Shown in pieces: positions 48,286 to 56,518 of a stretch of DNA of 64,000 bases. Source of the DNA: Candidatus Poseidoniaceae archaeon (lineage in GTDB: Archaea > Thermoplasmatota > Poseidoniia > Poseidoniales > Poseidoniaceae); the NCBI GenBank assembly GCA_965662895.1, contig CBFIJH010000002.1, positions 128,001 through 192,000 of the forward strand. The letters are read 5' to 3'. The position numbers and the translations under genes were made by a program. The stretch's first letter is position 1. Every line of letters starts with the position of its first letter. The notes below the pieces were generated by a model, which was given only the letters and a program-made list of their open reading frames with translations, made no database searches and had not been told where the DNA came from.

Positions 48286-49815
48286 ATGCGCAAATCAATC
48301 GTTTGTACACTCGTAGCCTGCCTTTTGCTCTCTGCAATGCCTTTTTCCGTGACTGCAGATGAAACAGAAGATATTCCAACAAACGCTGCAGCAACGGGTG
48401 TCCACGATTCCCTCGTTGCAGCCCTCGCCCACGCCGGGCTCGTCTCAACACTCGAAGGCGAAGGACCATTCACGGTCTTTGCCCCGACCGATCAGGCATT
48501 TGCTGACGCCGGAATCGATTTGTCCACATACGACACACCTGAGAAGAACGCAACACTCGCCGACATCCTCCTCTACCACGTTCTTGCTGGTAACGTCTCA
48601 TCCTCCCAAGTCACGGATGGTCTCTCAGCAGTCATGGTAAACGGTGACAAAGCCACGTTCACCGTGGAAGACAGCACCGTCAAAATCGGAGATGCAACAG
48701 TGACCACAGCCGATGTTGCAGCAAGCAACGGAATCATTCACGTGATTGACAAGGTGCTGATGCCACCTCCCGGTGACATTTGTTACAACGTCGTTTCCCA
48801 CACAATCATTCCAGGGGCCACCAACCTGATCTGCAACTCCCACATGTACGTCGAGAATTACACCATGGGTGGACAAACTATCACAGGTTGTTACAACACG
48901 GTAACACACCAAGTGAGCAACATCAGCGCTGCTGAATGTGGCGCATACATGTGGACGCCCGCCGTAAACATCGCTATGACTGCCCAAGCAACAACCATCC
49001 ACACAGCTCTCGTCGCAGCGCTTGGCGCAGCCGACCTCGTAACAACGTTGAGCGGAGATACAGAATACACCGTTTTCGCGCCAAGCGATGATGCATTCGC
49101 AGCTGCAGGCATCGATCTCGATACATTCGATACGCCCGAAGAGATTGCAGTGCTTTCGGATATTCTCCTCTACCACGTTGTCGCTGGAACAACACTCTCC
49201 ACAGATTTGGCTGCAGGTGCGAACACTGTCACCGCAGCAAACGGTGATGAACTAACGATTACAGTTTCCGACACTGGGGTCGCAGTTGGCGCCGATGGTG
49301 CAGTGGTTACTCTCGCGGATGTACCAGCATCCAACGGAGTCATCCACGTCATTGACAAGGTACTCACACCACCGGCCGACGATCCATTCGAAGGTATTGA
49401 CTGTGCAGAAACAATCGGACTCACATCCGATGGGTACGGATTCACACCATCTGTGGTTAACATCGAGCCAGGTCAAACTGTTTGCTGGTCGTGGACCGAT
49501 GCCGGAATGGCACACAATGTCAAGGAAGTTGACGGATTCCAATCCAGCACTTACGTCGATGGAGGAGTCACTTCTGGTGCTCCAGCAACCACAGTTGCTT
49601 TCCATCACACATTTACCGAGAATCAAACATTCTACTACGCTTGTGAACCGCACATCTCCATGAAGATGCACGGTGAGATCGTTGTCGGAGACGGTGGTGC
49701 AACCACAACAACAGGTGACGAGGAATCCGAAGACGCCCCAGGCTTTGTCGCATCCACCATGATGCTTGCAATGCTCGGAGCGGTTTTGTTTATGAGCCGA
49801 CGACGTAACCTCTGA
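48286..49815 (+). CDS. secreted 2x fasciclin (FAS1) + blue-copper domain protein with PGF-type anchor
   Basis: Signal peptide; two FAS1 units (TVFAP.D.AF...L.YHV...SNG.IHVIDKVL); HN...CEPH....M type-1 Cu site; APGF-TM-RRR C-terminus. Confidence 0.88.
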   Translation: MRKSIVCTLVACLLLSAMPFSVTADETEDIPTNAAATGVHDSLVAALAHAGLVSTLEGEGPFTVFAPTDQAFADAGIDLSTYDTPEKNATLADILLYHVLAGNVSSSQVTDGLSAVMVNGDKATFTVEDSTVKIGDATVTTADVAASNGIIHVIDKVLMPPPGDICYNVVSHTIIPGATNLICNSHMYVENYTMGGQTITGCYNTVTHQVSNISAAECGAYMWTPAVNIAMTAQATTIHTALVAALGAADLVTTLSGDTEYTVFAPSDDAFAAAGIDLDTFDTPEEIAVLSDILLYHVVAGTTLSTDLAAGANTVTAANGDELTITVSDTGVAVGADGAVVTLADVPASNGVIHVIDKVLTPPADDPFEGIDCAETIGLTSDGYGFTPSVVNIEPGQTVCWSWTDAGMAHNVKEVDGFQSSTYVDGGVTSGAPATTVAFHHTFTENQTFYYACEPHISMKMHGEIVVGDGGATTTTGDEESEDAPGFVASTMMLAMLGAVLFMSRRRNL

Positions 49816-49827
49816 TGATGTGATACG

Positions 49828-50739
49828 TTGAACGTAAAGCGATGGTTGGTGGCTGCCGCTCTGGCGGCCACCACCGTTCTTGCGGCTTGGACCTATCTTG
49901 TCGTGTCCTATGACTCGCCTCTAGGTACGGACAACACGATTCTCATCAAACCAAATCCATCGACCACGGATGGTAACGATGATCTCCTTGCAACCCTCTC
50001 GTTTGGACAAGGAGCAGAAAACCTTGATTGGTCTTCGATGCGAATTGACCTCAATGTTGATGAGAACATCTACACATGTTCCTTTGGTCGTCAGTCTGCT
50101 TCAACAAACAGCGACTCGAAGGTTGACTCAAGACTTGCATCCGACGGTGTAACCTTCTCGACGATAATGGATGCAACATCTGAAACCGAGTTCACCTACT
50201 TTTCAATCCCATTGCAACAAGAGGGAAACCAATCGGAATTTACGATACGTGCCTCAAAAACAGATATCTTCCTCGCTGATGACGTTGCGTGGACTTACGT
50301 ACCTGGAAAGTCGCTCCAAGAGGTTCAGTCTGTCAACCAGTCCGATTTGTCCAATGATACCTCGGAACGGTTGGAGTGGTATACGTACGACCTATCGGCC
50401 CACCGAATTACACCGAACGATGGAACCTACATCCTGCTTCAAAACGACGTTTCTTTCAAATTGCAATTCCTGAGCTACTACAATGAGAAAGACGAGAGTA
50501 GGCACATCTCGATCCTTACATCAGCTCTCATCGCCGAAGAACATCCTGCTCTGCAAGATGATACGTTGGTCGTTCCTTCCCCTTGTTTGATTGAAACGCA
50601 AGGGAACTCAACCCTTTGGGGAGCAAATGAGACGATATTCCTTCGTGAGCAAGATGTGAACATATGTAGCGAGCAATGTGCAATTCGCTTTATGATTGCA
50701 TATGAAATGGTTGAAGTGAAAACCGAAAATACGACCTAG
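49828..50739 (+). CDS. surface protein: pilin-like scaffold with HmuY-like insert
   Basis: N-terminal TM; L.W....I......C...C...W...E.I...E...IC scaffold; insert DAT....F.YF...WY.YD...H...P....Y.......KLQ..SYY. Confidence 0.55.
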   Translation: MNVKRWLVAAALAATTVLAAWTYLVVSYDSPLGTDNTILIKPNPSTTDGNDDLLATLSFGQGAENLDWSSMRIDLNVDENIYTCSFGRQSASTNSDSKVDSRLASDGVTFSTIMDATSETEFTYFSIPLQQEGNQSEFTIRASKTDIFLADDVAWTYVPGKSLQEVQSVNQSDLSNDTSERLEWYTYDLSAHRITPNDGTYILLQNDVSFKLQFLSYYNEKDESRHISILTSALIAEEHPALQDDTLVVPSPCLIETQGNSTLWGANETIFLREQDVNICSEQCAIRFMIAYEMVEVKTENTT

Positions 50740-50753
50740 TTTGAGCGGACGAT

Positions 50754-51800
50754 ATGAAGAACGTGCTCCGGAATGTTGGTCCAACATTCTTGCTTCTGTT
50801 TGTTCTGTTGGTTGCCCGTCAAATCTATCCATATTCGTCATTTAACACGCCTACTGTTGATGAGGGATTCGGGATTGAGGTTGTTGCAACGAACCTTGGT
50901 GGTCCAACCTGCCTTGAGTGGTTCAATCAATCAACACTAATCGTTTGCGATCGGGATGGTGGCCAAATTTTCACCCTCGATGCCAACATGAATCGAACAA
51001 CGCTCATTACCGGTTTGGACCGTCCTCACGACATTGCAATAGCAAACACAACGCTCTTTGTTAGCGAAGCAGGCCAACTTACGCGTTTTGACCACAACGG
51101 AGATCTTGGTGAAATTACGAATCGGACACAACTTGTTTCAGACGTTCCAACTGGAAATCATCAAACGAATGCGGTCAACATTCTACCAAATGGGACGCTT
51201 GTGTGGCACAGCGGGTCGACATGCAACGTTTGCGTCGAAGATGATGAACGAAACGGAGCGCTGTTGTGGGTGAATGCATCAACAGGTGAACATGGAGTTC
51301 TTGCGAGTGGTGTTCGAAATTCGTTTGATGGGGTTTGGGTTCCAAACATTGGTTACGTCTTCACCGATAATGGACGGGATTGGGAAGGTGACCATCCAGA
51401 TGAAGAACTCAACCTTCTCACCGAAGGCGGCGATTATGGATGGCCAAATGACGATCCATCCAACCCGGTACCAGCTGGAAGTATTGCTCCGATTGCATCA
51501 TGGACTCCTCATACATCGATGAATGGCGTTGCAGTCCGTCCAGTTCATTCCCCGTTGCCGGGGGGGAACTCAACAATCTATGCAACTGTCTACGGGTCAT
51601 GGAACACACTTCTTCCTCAAGGACATGAAATTGTTCGCATTGATTTGGACTCTACGAATGAAAACGTTGTGGGAACGACGTCGGTTTTTGCTGAGGATGT
51701 TGGAACTCCACTACCGATTGCGTTTCATCCAAATGGAGACCTTTACTTTGCAGTGTTTGGCTCAAACGGAAAGTTGTACAAAATAACAGCAAATAATTAA
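50754..51800 (+). CDS. PQQ-type glucose/sorbosone dehydrogenase (beta-propeller)
   Basis: N-terminal TM; GSTCNVC.E, ASGVRN, DNG.D, EELN....G.DYGWP, H.S..G, GSWN. Confidence 0.85.
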   Translation: MKNVLRNVGPTFLLLFVLLVARQIYPYSSFNTPTVDEGFGIEVVATNLGGPTCLEWFNQSTLIVCDRDGGQIFTLDANMNRTTLITGLDRPHDIAIANTTLFVSEAGQLTRFDHNGDLGEITNRTQLVSDVPTGNHQTNAVNILPNGTLVWHSGSTCNVCVEDDERNGALLWVNASTGEHGVLASGVRNSFDGVWVPNIGYVFTDNGRDWEGDHPDEELNLLTEGGDYGWPNDDPSNPVPAGSIAPIASWTPHTSMNGVAVRPVHSPLPGGNSTIYATVYGSWNTLLPQGHEIVRIDLDSTNENVVGTTSVFAEDVGTPLPIAFHPNGDLYFAVFGSNGKLYKITANN

Positions 51801-51830
51801 AATGCATAAGGAGATATGCAATCTACATTT

Positions 51831-52961
51831 TTATGATAACCACGCATGCAATCTGGCAATACCTTCTCGGATATTTTCGAGAGAAGTTGCGTATGAGAGC
51901 CGAATGAGGCCAGCGCCTCCTTCCATAAGTGAGCCTGGAATGACTTGAACACGCGCTTCAGCGAGCGCACGGTCGGCGAATTCGATATCAGACATTCCGG
52001 TACCTGTTATGTCAGCAAGGATGTAAAACGCACCTTCAGGTTCAGGAGCGTTGACTCCAGGAAGGCCATTTAATCCTTCATGCATAACGATACGCCGCTC
52101 GGCAAAGGACTCAGCCATGTGCTGGGTTTCTTCCTTAAGTTGAAGGGCAACTTCTCCCGCAGGCATGAGGAAGGTTGGTATGTGGGTTGCTGCCGATGTT
52201 TGGCATGTTTTGACAGCCTCCATGAATGCCTTCGGACCCGTAATCCATCCCATTCTCCAACCTGTCATTGCCCAACCCTTCGACCAACCTCCTATGGTGA
52301 TGGTGCGGTCTTGTCCTCCTGGAGAATTGATCGGCGACGTGTATGGATGGTTGGACCAGACGAGCGTTGAGTAGATCATGTCATCAACAATCCATAGGTC
52401 ATGTTTCTCAGCAAACTCAGAGATTTTTCGAATTTCTTCTGGCGTGTAGACCGCCCCCGTTGGATTGTTTGGTGAATTCAACATGATTGCCTTTGTTCGT
52501 GGCGTTACGCTCGCTTCCAATGCATCAAAATCTGGATGGTAAGAGGGCCTCGAGACTGGGACATGAACTGGAACGCCTCCAAAAATTCGAATCATTCCAT
52601 CGTAGGATGGCCAAGCCGGGGCGAACAAAAGGACTTCATCTCCTGGAACAAGCATTGTCATGAGTGAATAAAGAAGCGCCTGCTTGCACCCCGGTGTAAT
52701 CACAACGTCTTCAGGGTCCGATGAGATATCCAATGTGTTGAGATGCGATGAAACTGCTTCACAAAGCGATGCGCTTCCTTGGGAACGGGTATACGCTGTT
52801 TCTCCTCGCTGTAGAGCATCGACAGCGGATTGAACGACAACTTTGGGCGTATCAAAATCTGGTTGTCCAACAGTGAATCGGATAACGTCAGGTGACGGAG
52901 GTGCGAGATACGCAGCGAAACCACGACCTATATCGGAAAAGGCTGGGCTAATTTCTGGCAT
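51831..52961 (-). CDS. class I/II PLP aminotransferase (aspartate aminotransferase-like)
   Basis: GQPDF.TP, NSPNNPTG, DDMIY, SKGWAMTGWRMG; GGAGGTGA SD before ATG 52961. Confidence 0.93.
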   Translation of the reverse strand: MPEISPAFSDIGRGFAAYLAPPSPDVIRFTVGQPDFDTPKVVVQSAVDALQRGETAYTRSQGSASLCEAVSSHLNTLDISSDPEDVVITPGCKQALLYSLMTMLVPGDEVLLFAPAWPSYDGMIRIFGGVPVHVPVSRPSYHPDFDALEASVTPRTKAIMLNSPNNPTGAVYTPEEIRKISEFAEKHDLWIVDDMIYSTLVWSNHPYTSPINSPGGQDRTITIGGWSKGWAMTGWRMGWITGPKAFMEAVKTCQTSAATHIPTFLMPAGEVALQLKEETQHMAESFAERRIVMHEGLNGLPGVNAPEPEGAFYILADITGTGMSDIEFADRALAEARVQVIPGSLMEGGAGLIRLSYATSLENIREGIARLHAWLS

Positions 52962-53040
52962 TTCATCACCTCCCGATATCGCTTCGAATTCATTATTCCT
53001 CTTCAAGACTTTCCAATTGTTTGAGTTTGTAATGGATTTT

Positions 53041-53114
53041 TGGAGCACGGGCGGAGATTCGAACTCCGGTCTCAGGATCTGCAGTCCCGCTCATAGCCAC
53101 TCTGACACCCGTGC
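53041..53114 (-). tRNA. tRNA-Cys(GCA), CCA encoded
   Basis: GCACGGG/CCCGTGC acceptor, U discriminator, CGGGA-CTGCAGA-TCCTG anticodon arm, GTTCGAATC T-loop. Confidence 0.95.
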
Positions 53115-53161
53115 GGTAGTTGTGCGACCAGCACGATGTATTTCAACGCGCCTCATCAAAC

Positions 53162-53710
53162 ATGCTTATGAAAAATCGTGTGCAGGAAGGAATCATGCTT
53201 CACATTCATGGGCCAGGATGGACGCCGACAAAAGCTTATTATGCTTGCAGGTATGAAATTCTCAGGAAACCGTTAGGATTTTCTCAAGGTGCTGAAATTC
53301 TTCAAGACGACGAACAGGCCCTCCATGCCTATGTGGAATTGGATGGAAAGATCGTAGCTGTTGGACGCAGCCATCTTATTCCACAAGCGAGCGATGGTTC
53401 GCAATCGGACTTCCCTGGTCAAGATGGCCCAAAGACCCCTCCTTTTTCTGAACTCCACGCTGCAAATAGGCCAGCAATACAAATTCGACAAATGGGAACC
53501 TTGGACAAGTATCGTCGTCGAGGGTTTGCTGCCCAAATCCTTCGTGCATTGGAAACCGCATCGCAGACCCATTTCGGAGCAACATGTGGATTCCTTCAAG
53601 CTCGAAAAGTTGCACTCTCATTCTACGAATCTCAAGGATGGACAACCCTCGATGCGCCGTATTCAATACCCAATGTCGGGCCACATCGCTCAATGATGAA
53701 ACGATTTTGA
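53162..53710 (+). CDS. GNAT acetyltransferase (YiiD/ElaA-like)
   Basis: R..ILR.PLG, QIRQM....YRRRG.A, AR..A..FY...G, PH..M.K. Confidence 0.85.
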   Translation: MLMKNRVQEGIMLHIHGPGWTPTKAYYACRYEILRKPLGFSQGAEILQDDEQALHAYVELDGKIVAVGRSHLIPQASDGSQSDFPGQDGPKTPPFSELHAANRPAIQIRQMGTLDKYRRRGFAAQILRALETASQTHFGATCGFLQARKVALSFYESQGWTTLDAPYSIPNVGPHRSMMKRF

Positions 53711-53829
53711 ACACTGTCGCCTTTACAAAGAGTGGACTGCTTGATATCTTGGCGATAGGTTGCTATGATACAAGTCACAGAAACTAACAAGAACGACTCT
53801 TATTATATGAATACAAGGAGGAGAGACAG

Positions 53830-54504
53830 ATGGAAATGAACGCTGAGGACCTTTCCACGAAAAAAAAGAACGAGCGATTCCTTGAAGCTCTGAGAACACT
53901 GAGCAATCAAGACCCCGTCTCTTTTTCGGAGATTGCCCCAGAATTGCTTCAGCGCTGTGCATACTATTGGAGAGGGTCAGATCCTTATTTCTCAACGAAA
54001 CTCAATTCTTGGCTTTCTTATGACATGATGTGGAAACCCTTTGGAGAGATTATCCCAGATGATGCGAACTTTGCAAAACGCATAGATTCCGATGCATTTG
54101 ACATAAAAATGTACAGTGGCGCAACAAAGGCGCTCCTTGAATCACTGCAAACTCGATTTCCGGAAGATTTCAACCAGTGGGATGCATCAATCCGTAACCA
54201 GTTTATCATCCTCGGGATGATCGCCATGGGTCGTGAAAAAGGAGAATATCAAGGAGCACTTGTTCACAGGCTCGGCCTGGGATCGGGAGATGTACGAATC
54301 AGAGGATCCAATGTTATTCGGGCCGCGAAAATCGCCCTTGCCCGACTGGGGAAAGATAGCGGTGCAGAGCTTTTTGCACCTGCTTCCGGCCATGGTGTTG
54401 AACGAGTACACAAAATCTCAAGCGCTAAATTATCAGAAACGATTGAGCGCTTCGTCCTTTCTCATTCTGCTTCCGTGCTTCTGCCCCCTCCGAGGAACCT
54501 TTGA
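53830..54504 (+). CDS. hypothetical protein
   Basis: 224 aa ORF with AGGAG SD; no recognisable motif. Confidence 0.65.
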   Translation: MEMNAEDLSTKKKNERFLEALRTLSNQDPVSFSEIAPELLQRCAYYWRGSDPYFSTKLNSWLSYDMMWKPFGEIIPDDANFAKRIDSDAFDIKMYSGATKALLESLQTRFPEDFNQWDASIRNQFIILGMIAMGREKGEYQGALVHRLGLGSGDVRIRGSNVIRAAKIALARLGKDSGAELFAPASGHGVERVHKISSAKLSETIERFVLSHSASVLLPPPRNL

Positions 54505-54679
54505 CTCCTTGAAGCGTTGCTTTCATATACTCTCGGGCTTTTGTAGAAAGTAGAGGGAACGCTGGGTTCCCTAAGAACACCCCCGTGAAAAGCGATGAAT
54601 TTGGAGGAAAAAGTCAAGCAAACAGACGGAACAATATCGATGCACGCCGCCCTTTTCAAGCAGCACAAGCACCAGACAG

Positions 54680-54834
54680 ATGTTGTACCTCAATCCTCCC
54701 TCCTGCAACATGCAGAGCGTACGCTCTGCACCTCTCCCGAGATTGAATGTACCAGCCCGGGTACCTTTGGTTCGGAAAGAGAGAACAGCGGGTTCTCTGT
54801 GTAAACACAACAAAAAAATTGGAAGTGAAAAAAA
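54680..54834 (+). promoter_or_regulatory. structured leader upstream of the secreted Asp-rich protein
   Basis: Stems ATGTTGTA/TGCAACAT, perfect palindrome TGCAGAGCGTACGCTCTGCA (54711-54730), a long irregular hairpin (about 54737-54775) and AGAGAAC/GTTCTCT (54780-54798). Confidence 0.5.
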
Positions 54835-56328
54835 ATGAACACGAATACGAAGACAAAGACAATGAGCATGCTTTTGGCTTTCCTTCTCGCTCTATCAGCA
54901 GCATCTGCTGTAAGCGGTGACGGATCTGACCCTCTGGACCCCAACGATGGTGGTGCAGACTGGGACGGCGATGGTCTCACCAACGCTGAAGAACAAGCCC
55001 AAGGCACAAACATGAACAACGCAGACAGCGATGGCGACGGTCTGCCTGATGGATGGGAGGTTGCCAATGGCCTCAACCCAACCAACGGCGGTGATGGCAA
55101 TGCGGACTCTGACAACGATGGTCTAACCAACGCACAAGAGTACCAAATGGGTACCAACCCAAACAATGCTGACACCGACGGCGACGGCAAGAACGACAAC
55201 GTCGACTCGTTCCCAACCGATCCGAACGATGGAGAGTACTCCGATTCCGACGGTGACGGTATCCCAGACGCATACGACCCAGACTTCCAGGAGTCTGATG
55301 CAGGCGCTGGTGATGGCGGCACTGAAGGCGGCGGCGAATCCAGCGATCAAGGACAGGGACAAGGTCAGGGACAAGGTCAGGGACAAGGTCAGGGACAAGG
55401 TCAGGGACAAGGTCAAGGACAAGGTCAAGGACAAGGTCAGGGACAAGGACAAGGCCAACAACAAGGCCAGGGTCAAGGACAACAGGGTCAACAAGGTCAG
55501 CAAGGTCAACAAGGCGAACAGCAAGACAATGGACAAGGTCAGCAGCAACAAGGTGGACAGCAAGGTGGCCAACAAGGCGATCAACAAGCTGGAGACCAAA
55601 ACGGCGACAACCAAAACGGTCAGAGCCAACAGCAGCAAGGCCAGACCCAAAACGGTCAGCAAGGTCAACAAGGTCAGCAAACCGACCAACAACAAGGTCA
55701 ACAGCTTGACAACCAGGAACAAAACGGTGAAACAGACAACGATGGCGATGGTATCCCAGATAACCTCGACAACGATGACGACAACGACGGAATTCCTGAT
55801 GATCTTGACTCCAGCCCACAAGACCATGACAACGATGGCATCGATGACGCTGAAGACAGCGACGACGATGGCGATGGAATTGACGACGATGAAGAAGTGA
55901 ACGACAATGATCCGAACACGAACATTTACGATCACGACAACGACGGTATCAGCGATGCTGTCGATTTCGACATCGACAACGATGGCGTTGACAACTGGAA
56001 CGACGTAGACGAGAACGGCGAAGACCTCTCCCGTGACCACGACAACGATGGCATGGATGACGGTGTAGATCCTGATGACGACAACGACAACATTCTTGAT
56101 GTCGATGAAGCAGACGGTGACTTCGGTAACTATCGCTACGATCACGACAACGATGGAATTTGGGATCTCAGTGACACCGATGACGACAACGACGGTCTAA
56201 GCGACTGGTTCGAAATCAACGATGGAAACGATCTCACAGGTCAATTTGACTCCGACAACGACGGAATCGAGAACCAACTCGATGACGACGATGACGACGA
56301 TGGAATCCTCGATTCCCTCGAAAACTGA
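54835..56328 (+). CDS. secreted thrombospondin-type-3-like (DxDxDG) Ca-binding protein with Gln/Gly-rich linker
   Basis: Signal peptide; many DxDxDG / DHDNDG motifs; (QG)18 and Q-rich tract; no C-terminal anchor. Confidence 0.85.
   Translation: MNTNTKTKTMSMLLAFLLALSAASAVSGDGSDPLDPNDGGADWDGDGLTNAEEQAQGTNMNNADSDGDGLPDGWEVANGLNPTNGGDGNADSDNDGLTNAQEYQMGTNPNNADTDGDGKNDNVDSFPTDPNDGEYSDSDGDGIPDAYDPDFQESDAGAGDGGTEGGGESSDQGQGQGQGQGQGQGQGQGQGQGQGQGQGQGQGQGQGQQQGQGQGQQGQQGQQGQQGEQQDNGQGQQQQGGQQGGQQGDQQAGDQNGDNQNGQSQQQQGQTQNGQQGQQGQQTDQQQGQQLDNQEQNGETDNDGDGIPDNLDNDDDNDGIPDDLDSSPQDHDNDGIDDAEDSDDDGDGIDDDEEVNDNDPNTNIYDHDNDGISDAVDFDIDNDGVDNWNDVDENGEDLSRDHDNDGMDDGVDPDDDNDNILDVDEADGDFGNYRYDHDNDGIWDLSDTDDDNDGLSDWFEINDGNDLTGQFDSDNDGIENQLDDDDDDDGILDSLEN
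55357..55440 (+). repeat. 12-bp tandem repeat GGACAAGGTCAR x7 (encodes GQGQ)
   Basis: Five copies end in CAG and two in CAA, flanked by degenerate 6-bp units (55348-55458). Confidence 0.92.
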
Positions 56329-56382
56329 GTCAGATTTGATTGAGAATCAAGTCGTAACTCTGCTCCCTCGGAGTGGATGGCC

Positions 56383-56424
56383 GAACCTCAGGGGAGTCCG
56401 CTCCCCTGAGGTTCCTTTTCTTTT
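56383..56424 (+). terminator. 14-bp hairpin followed by a T-rich tract
   Basis: GAACCTCAGGGGAG-TCCG-CTCCCCTGAGGTTC then CTTTTCTTTT. Confidence 0.7.
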
Positions 56425-56518
56425 GATATCCTTCTTATCCGGGTGATACTTTCGACTTCAATCACCCATTGTTTTCATATACAGTTCCAAGGTCAGAGGA
56501 CTGTTTAGAGGGGCTCTT

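Noticed and set aside
55348-55458. Tandem repeat as a possible CRISPR array
   Set aside because: The 12-bp units are contiguous with no spacers, lie in frame within a CDS, and have no cas genes nearby.
55073-56145. Long alternative ORFs (340 aa and 248 aa antisense; 244 aa in another + frame)
   Set aside because: They are shadows of the low-complexity D/Q/G codons in 54835-56328.
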